In this document: positions 37,401 to 37,916 of the stretch, in pieces
Layout of the letters: every line of letters begins with the position of its first letter
How positions within the stretch are numbered: position 1 is the first letter of the stretch
Origin: an uncultured virus (IMG/VR IMGVR_UViG_3300021399_000124)
Taxonomy: Duplodnaviria > Heunggongvirae > Uroviricota > Caudoviricetes
Length of the DNA stretch: 37,916 bases
Virus record (IMG/VR): IMGVR_UViG_3300021399_000124
Reading direction: 5' to 3' (one strand)
The notes under the pieces: generated by a model
Told to the model about the DNA's origin: nothing
The model's input: the letters and a program-made list of their open reading frames with translations, nothing else
Database searches by the model: none
Made by a program: the position numbers and the translations under genes

Positions 37401-37916
37401 ACTTGCAAGATGACTTATGCTTGTTTCGCCAACTTGACTATATTTGAAATCTCCTTTATCATTTTTTACGGTTTTTAAATATTCTTCACGAGCATTTGCC
37501 CATTTTTCATATTCCTTTTCGTACAGATTATCAGAGATACCTCTTCCTTTTTTGATTTGACCAGATACACTATCAATACCTCCGGTGATAGATTTACCTT
37601 TTGTTTCTTTCATAATAGCCGCAATATCTTTAATTACATCAGCTTGTACCTGAATTCTATTCAAGTCCTCAACAAAAGCTGTAAAAACCGGAATAGATTG
37701 AAGATTTGAAAGAGGCACTTTGGCTAACGCATTAAGCGCCTCCGCAACTTCTGTTAAATTATTTGTATTTACTTCTGCAAATTTAGCAAGCCCTTCCGAG
37801 AGAAGTAGAAGATTAGATCCTAACGTATTATCCGGTGCTTCTTTAGAAAGCAAATTTATAAGCTCTGTAAGACTTTTATTAACAGGTTCAATAATGGCAT
37901 TTAATTGTTGTAATAT
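25422..37916 (-). CDS. tail tape-measure protein (TP901-type core), >4164 aa, 5'-truncated by the window edge
   Basis: Frame is open to 37916 (ILQQLNAII...), so the 37853 start is an artefact. TMP core ~35450-36420 (EFDTALTEMRKVS...IIDKLNNIGN...VGNGLRTIALRL...GSAQEEL); hydrophobic segment ~34000-34090; long coiled coils; precedes Dit-Tal. Confidence 0.93.
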   Translation of the reverse strand: MLQQLNAIIEPVNKSLTELINLLSKEAPDNTLGSNLLLLSEGLAKFAEVNTNNLTEVAEALNALAKVPLSNLQSIPVFTAFVEDLNRIQVQADVIKDIAAIMKETKGKSITGGIDSVSGQIKKGRGISDNLYEKEYEKWANAREEYLKTVKNDKGDFKYSQVGETSISHLASGLVNMVNVVQTADGRWKQLTATMDNSLNTFEKADKVISEAQGFRALGLGLPEKQENILQSNIKEALKYAKDYQIAVAKRDNGLGLTTSEITAEATVSRLKAQIENAIENVPLDQLQGRTSALLKQFDDQINIGGAGFEKRIQVAIPLLQELDGEIKAVVDDLNKMPDAEAGRAADKVMADYNAYISEYISGIAAQETLDKKTGKLISKYQNVVGFYKGQNTQDARESYLKDLIKSTYGNFDYDFSKGSKMPESGDVQKVVAQYRDLNNIVRTVTASIDTSTKAIRVSTTASSEYVNGLDKFFTSLKAKALEGLRYLMAYVSIQDIWRYFRQGVEVVREFDTALTEMRKVSDEALVTLKKFQGESFDIADDVGTTALQIQQSTADFMRLGDTLNEAKKNAATANTLLNVSEFESIDDATTSLIAMEAAYKNLSGDQIIDKLNNIGNHYAISTDGIATALQDSASALVTAGNDIDESIALITAGNAVVQDPDKVGNGLRTIALRLTGTKAAAQQLEELGEETEGMLTTQSKLRDTILEATKTTSNPMGFDILDANKQYKSTKEILLGIADIWDEIAELDKKNGTTNQNLLLETMAGKNRANILASILQNPDILRNAYMDSQTSDGSAQEELDKYLDSMDARIQRLKNAAQELAFDFLDSDTIKVFIDFGTTLIHILDEIVEHFNFVTVAAGLFSSGLLQSIKHPLVSLKKDENGKWGFSTLYHDIKAEGERDQTSQFKDFREWYDSKNVTPKMTDKIQKSNDNVVTNVKRTISDSEQKIVDSAISNVETDVDTGITSSSSAKENKGFRARFTDLKQKLFESSPTLKREDWMDNEDYDFAKNIAQYRKQQYDLANKMLDTYSGDLDFAKAEGTHVLDLTNENTEKWIKDRYGNDEQKIKQMTSVITSVDPIVEYYNKEATNIQGKIEPAKQKADAAATIGMTKDETSYKSMKQKMAQEKTQQEEGLRSYKGISKDKMLFTGDIPPKEEVSYRSIKQEREGLKSVKGYTRDQMRFTGDSLDDIPKKMNAISEATEGVTKKTMTLTEAFDQYLANGGNMDDIWKKNMEDFKKAVVESNGTIEDSWKGFKKWRAEAQGATGGIADSLKNIGSTLVSTFASAAISMGVSLAIQGIIQFVYWLGTAKKRAIEAGQEARNTINDTAKSIQTANNTIKTLGDISRKSLGDAGEQAKSTSESIDYLAKRYVELRRGTSNNENISLSDSDYQEFLNIGNQLVEIMPELQYGTDASGNAILNLGSNADDAADKIKSLYNNYLMLNNAEIQKNFRTGLDGLNEELEALEKEDNFVVLSENQADRLLKHGSRKNDAGGYSVSWEDMVENGDEILDAYRGNIKWDTLTPEQTVNALERLRQMQNTFLQAQQKVSEIVGQTGAYISSTDVFGNLNYNLQQDLLETIPTLQDSFKDMFLEVGKDKDAYTGMLYSNIIAPLNSLSNNPEVQEKLHDLLSIDTSDINLDDIKNRYTEVLGSAFGEAYSTNEDLFNKLFGFDKYQEIQDKFQNLMSRTDFITSANLDDIANTFSLSDMQLAYNVLLEDNDHLIDSYEKLKDAIAKAREAAINETSYLNDYTAAHARAHSEQYDTVKDAVAAESTNMARGIKDENYSRLIGGFSKTTTPQIANIDGFKGALSSLAEEFDNYNSLRNEIIESGADYDYSLDRVLFGNVNLGDTKRKIEWTEDTVERFKDSLTSWDLDNIIKDVEDGWTSHSTVLGTADTFYTQNGEGIKVAFSPIMVDDSGVALLSKDSVYDYIQGLIGNFDSPEQIKLEPFLKMDTAGLIADIGETASFTADIMHFLGVDGGIQSELANIAPYLSMFNIEAEQFTEYLSQGAVSVYSLFETFDTQQRAMKYFTEDGMGVYSFMKDVVEATDDVGKLGDEFISVGKDGKVSFKKNENAVNRLSKKLNISTEAAGYLLDAAKDIGDVDIGTIYAQAGKNSLSGFLADLAAVSTAMSEISQNGYLSYDTMTNLVTANGAYADALVNTASGMIVNNEEMREMNEQAAEYATADIQNSVEELTDKYLKNNQVLSDFVNAGGNVKDVLTRIEDANGDLDVAIKGTSYSAEEFKNIWSAYTENQSIENTIIDLQRQQSEIRANVSLMKEYKDALQTPNMNANFLTTVGGKEGADKLYEQGWWGTDDFITYAKLIGKNGMDDKEAILGYADSLERVGKYLTEDASGVFTFFDDAIAKGEELGVTFDEVDGYKLNIDNMEEFADAMGVTTEFAENMVLALHDAGQMDVDLSVISDGIRNDLSSLGTSPLNDEKALKNAITLTQKMGDGVESATDKLQIMQTLQDQMLNGKLSQEMLDYANETLTNVKLTDEGQIQATTEVVKDAVDGVKNHIEEYRNEADAASKTELFKNIQSDLRAISNLDVPTINAALGVKLADDATPQEIINTVADIIGDTPAEKLSLKLGMEIPEDTKTDVLETLESLQTEIDNLNQLKIDPDVSTEQLDDAMDKIIQIAGTLDTESRKQFLAHFGIEVDENGVIQAKQTKENLGQPVEAQITYYAPQGMVDRINQVVDLLGIVEGEHDGSVAVDTEYAEEQLELIAQQIADMLNEDPTIHVGVEPDENGKYTASGVLDYYKSKLSSGTVNVPIGIQNVSTDTQTVTVKVNGATEGAQQVTALNRALTSLGAKGAVSVSVETGTAQSQIQGLRDLLSALNSTVTQPHVSMEYEGFNTGARFVNTTLSFINDRTAQPKVSMEYGAFRGGASDVRNQMSQLDGLSAYPSISLSGGSYVLYQLRNISSDLNNLDGKTATTTITTNRVTNYSTHHSPALGTVHAMPVASGTVHANASGTANAYANGTPNNTDIAIKNNETALVNELGYESIVRNGKWSLIPGNAHFMNLKKGDIIFNADQTRELIENGRVLSDGGRGKLALADGTVNAYAYNSRASSGGGGWGRVVSGSRKKVGSGGSSSSSSSSSGSRGGNSGNSSSASKAASDAKDTAETFDWIEVKIDRLEREIEHFDTILSSTYQNWATRNSALSNEIKKTTEEINVQYKARTNAYKRYIQEANKVSLSEKYRKLVRDGAIDISKINDENLKEKIGEYQEWYEKALDAKYAIDELQESLSGLYETAFENGQTYWQEQLDYNDSVKDLDKYINGGYHSWSNTDEWDQSRRNIDLAIKSVKDLEMHLNNAVKANAIKVGSEAWYSMKQSINEAKLSVYEYQEALLDTIQTHRDLVDDRLESSQEYQRNRGNYKAERNYITNNELANINSRISDIRTAISENIAKNGAAFIGSDAYLEQVGYLSDALNQLSDKYKDLIKFDQEYYERLIDHNDEIADTTEAIFEGAEKFGEYEAIEKYESQLESLARNLSIARAESAKMEADLNAAIESGAITKGSTEWLEQRIEIEKVRGQIQDYANDITEANQKIRELEYEELFDRVIDKMNQFIDKIDTINGLIKDEMMYDYDTGKLTETGALALILNNNELDTGIKKLQKYAQERQRIMNDYANGLFGKETFDELMKDVTSNINSTLGEIDKSRDNILTIIKDQTKAELDVINKVIDARKEAIAKQREYWEYGKQLDNKNKEIQLLQQQVQALDGVVSAESRAKKQRLEAQLAEAQRDLDDTVQNHVYEMQVEGLDDLKKKLDEDYEKYVNEISKTTANVTTAINTAVETSGQDIEGGVQTLNDTLSGIGASVVGKMYDDTVTGREFEERINSENTDRIVDAINAASDNIAKRKSEEEAYESAKSAKTENQIPLDDAKYKGTFAIQSSKNTGYVLDIANGSTKSGANTQLYKSNGTEAQQFTFDANSDGTYTIRNVKSGMVLDVKGGSTADKANIQQYKPNGTDAQKWKIIENDDGSVSFMNVKSKKMLDLSGGKVGNKSNIWSYHANGTDAQKFYLKRLASGSRGVNKSGMYLTQEDGAELLVTKYGLLTPLSRGDGVLPAEMTAKLYDMAANYDKFDSSGFRLPTTIEGTTNNNNNVNYTVGDINIAGNTNLTRKDLEQFRAQIVEDVKNAIASDMRKFGYKPALA
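25812..26232 (-). other. ricin-B (beta-trefoil, CBM13-type) lectin domain inside the TMP
   Basis: Three ~47-aa repeats: VLDIANGSTKSGANTQLYKSNGTEAQQF / VLDVKGGSTADKANIQQYKPNGTDAQKW / MLDLSGGKVGNKSNIWSYHANGTDAQKF (QxW/F signature). Confidence 0.9.

Noticed and set aside
37851..37853. TMP start codon as given by the ORF track
   Set aside because: The frame stays open to the window end and there is no RBS; the true start is outside the window.

Overview
This window is the tail-morphogenesis and lysis module of a large long-tailed (siphovirus-type) phage or prophage, almost certainly of a Gram-positive (Bacillota) host. The host inference rests on strong AGGAGG-type RBSs, a GH25+CHAP endolysin, a holin and no recognisable spanins. 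All credible genes lie on the minus strand. In transcription order they are: a 5'-truncated giant tape-measure protein (>4160 aa, with an embedded ricin-B lectin domain), distal tail protein, Tal/hub protein (1260 aa), a ~130-nt structured intergenic element, a 156-aa unknown ORF, a 4374-aa modular tail fibre/adhesin with six carbohydrate-binding-like cassettes, a DUF859-like tail protein, a 91-aa ORF, a tandem CBM5/12 protein, holin, a dual-catalytic endolysin, a BppU-N-like protein, a collagen-repeat fibre protein, and the start of one more gene at the left edge. The least explained features are the 20554-20683 inverted-repeat/structured element and the cassette array in the giant fibre gene, whose boundaries are conserved at the DNA level. 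Family names come from motif recognition by eye; no searches were run.
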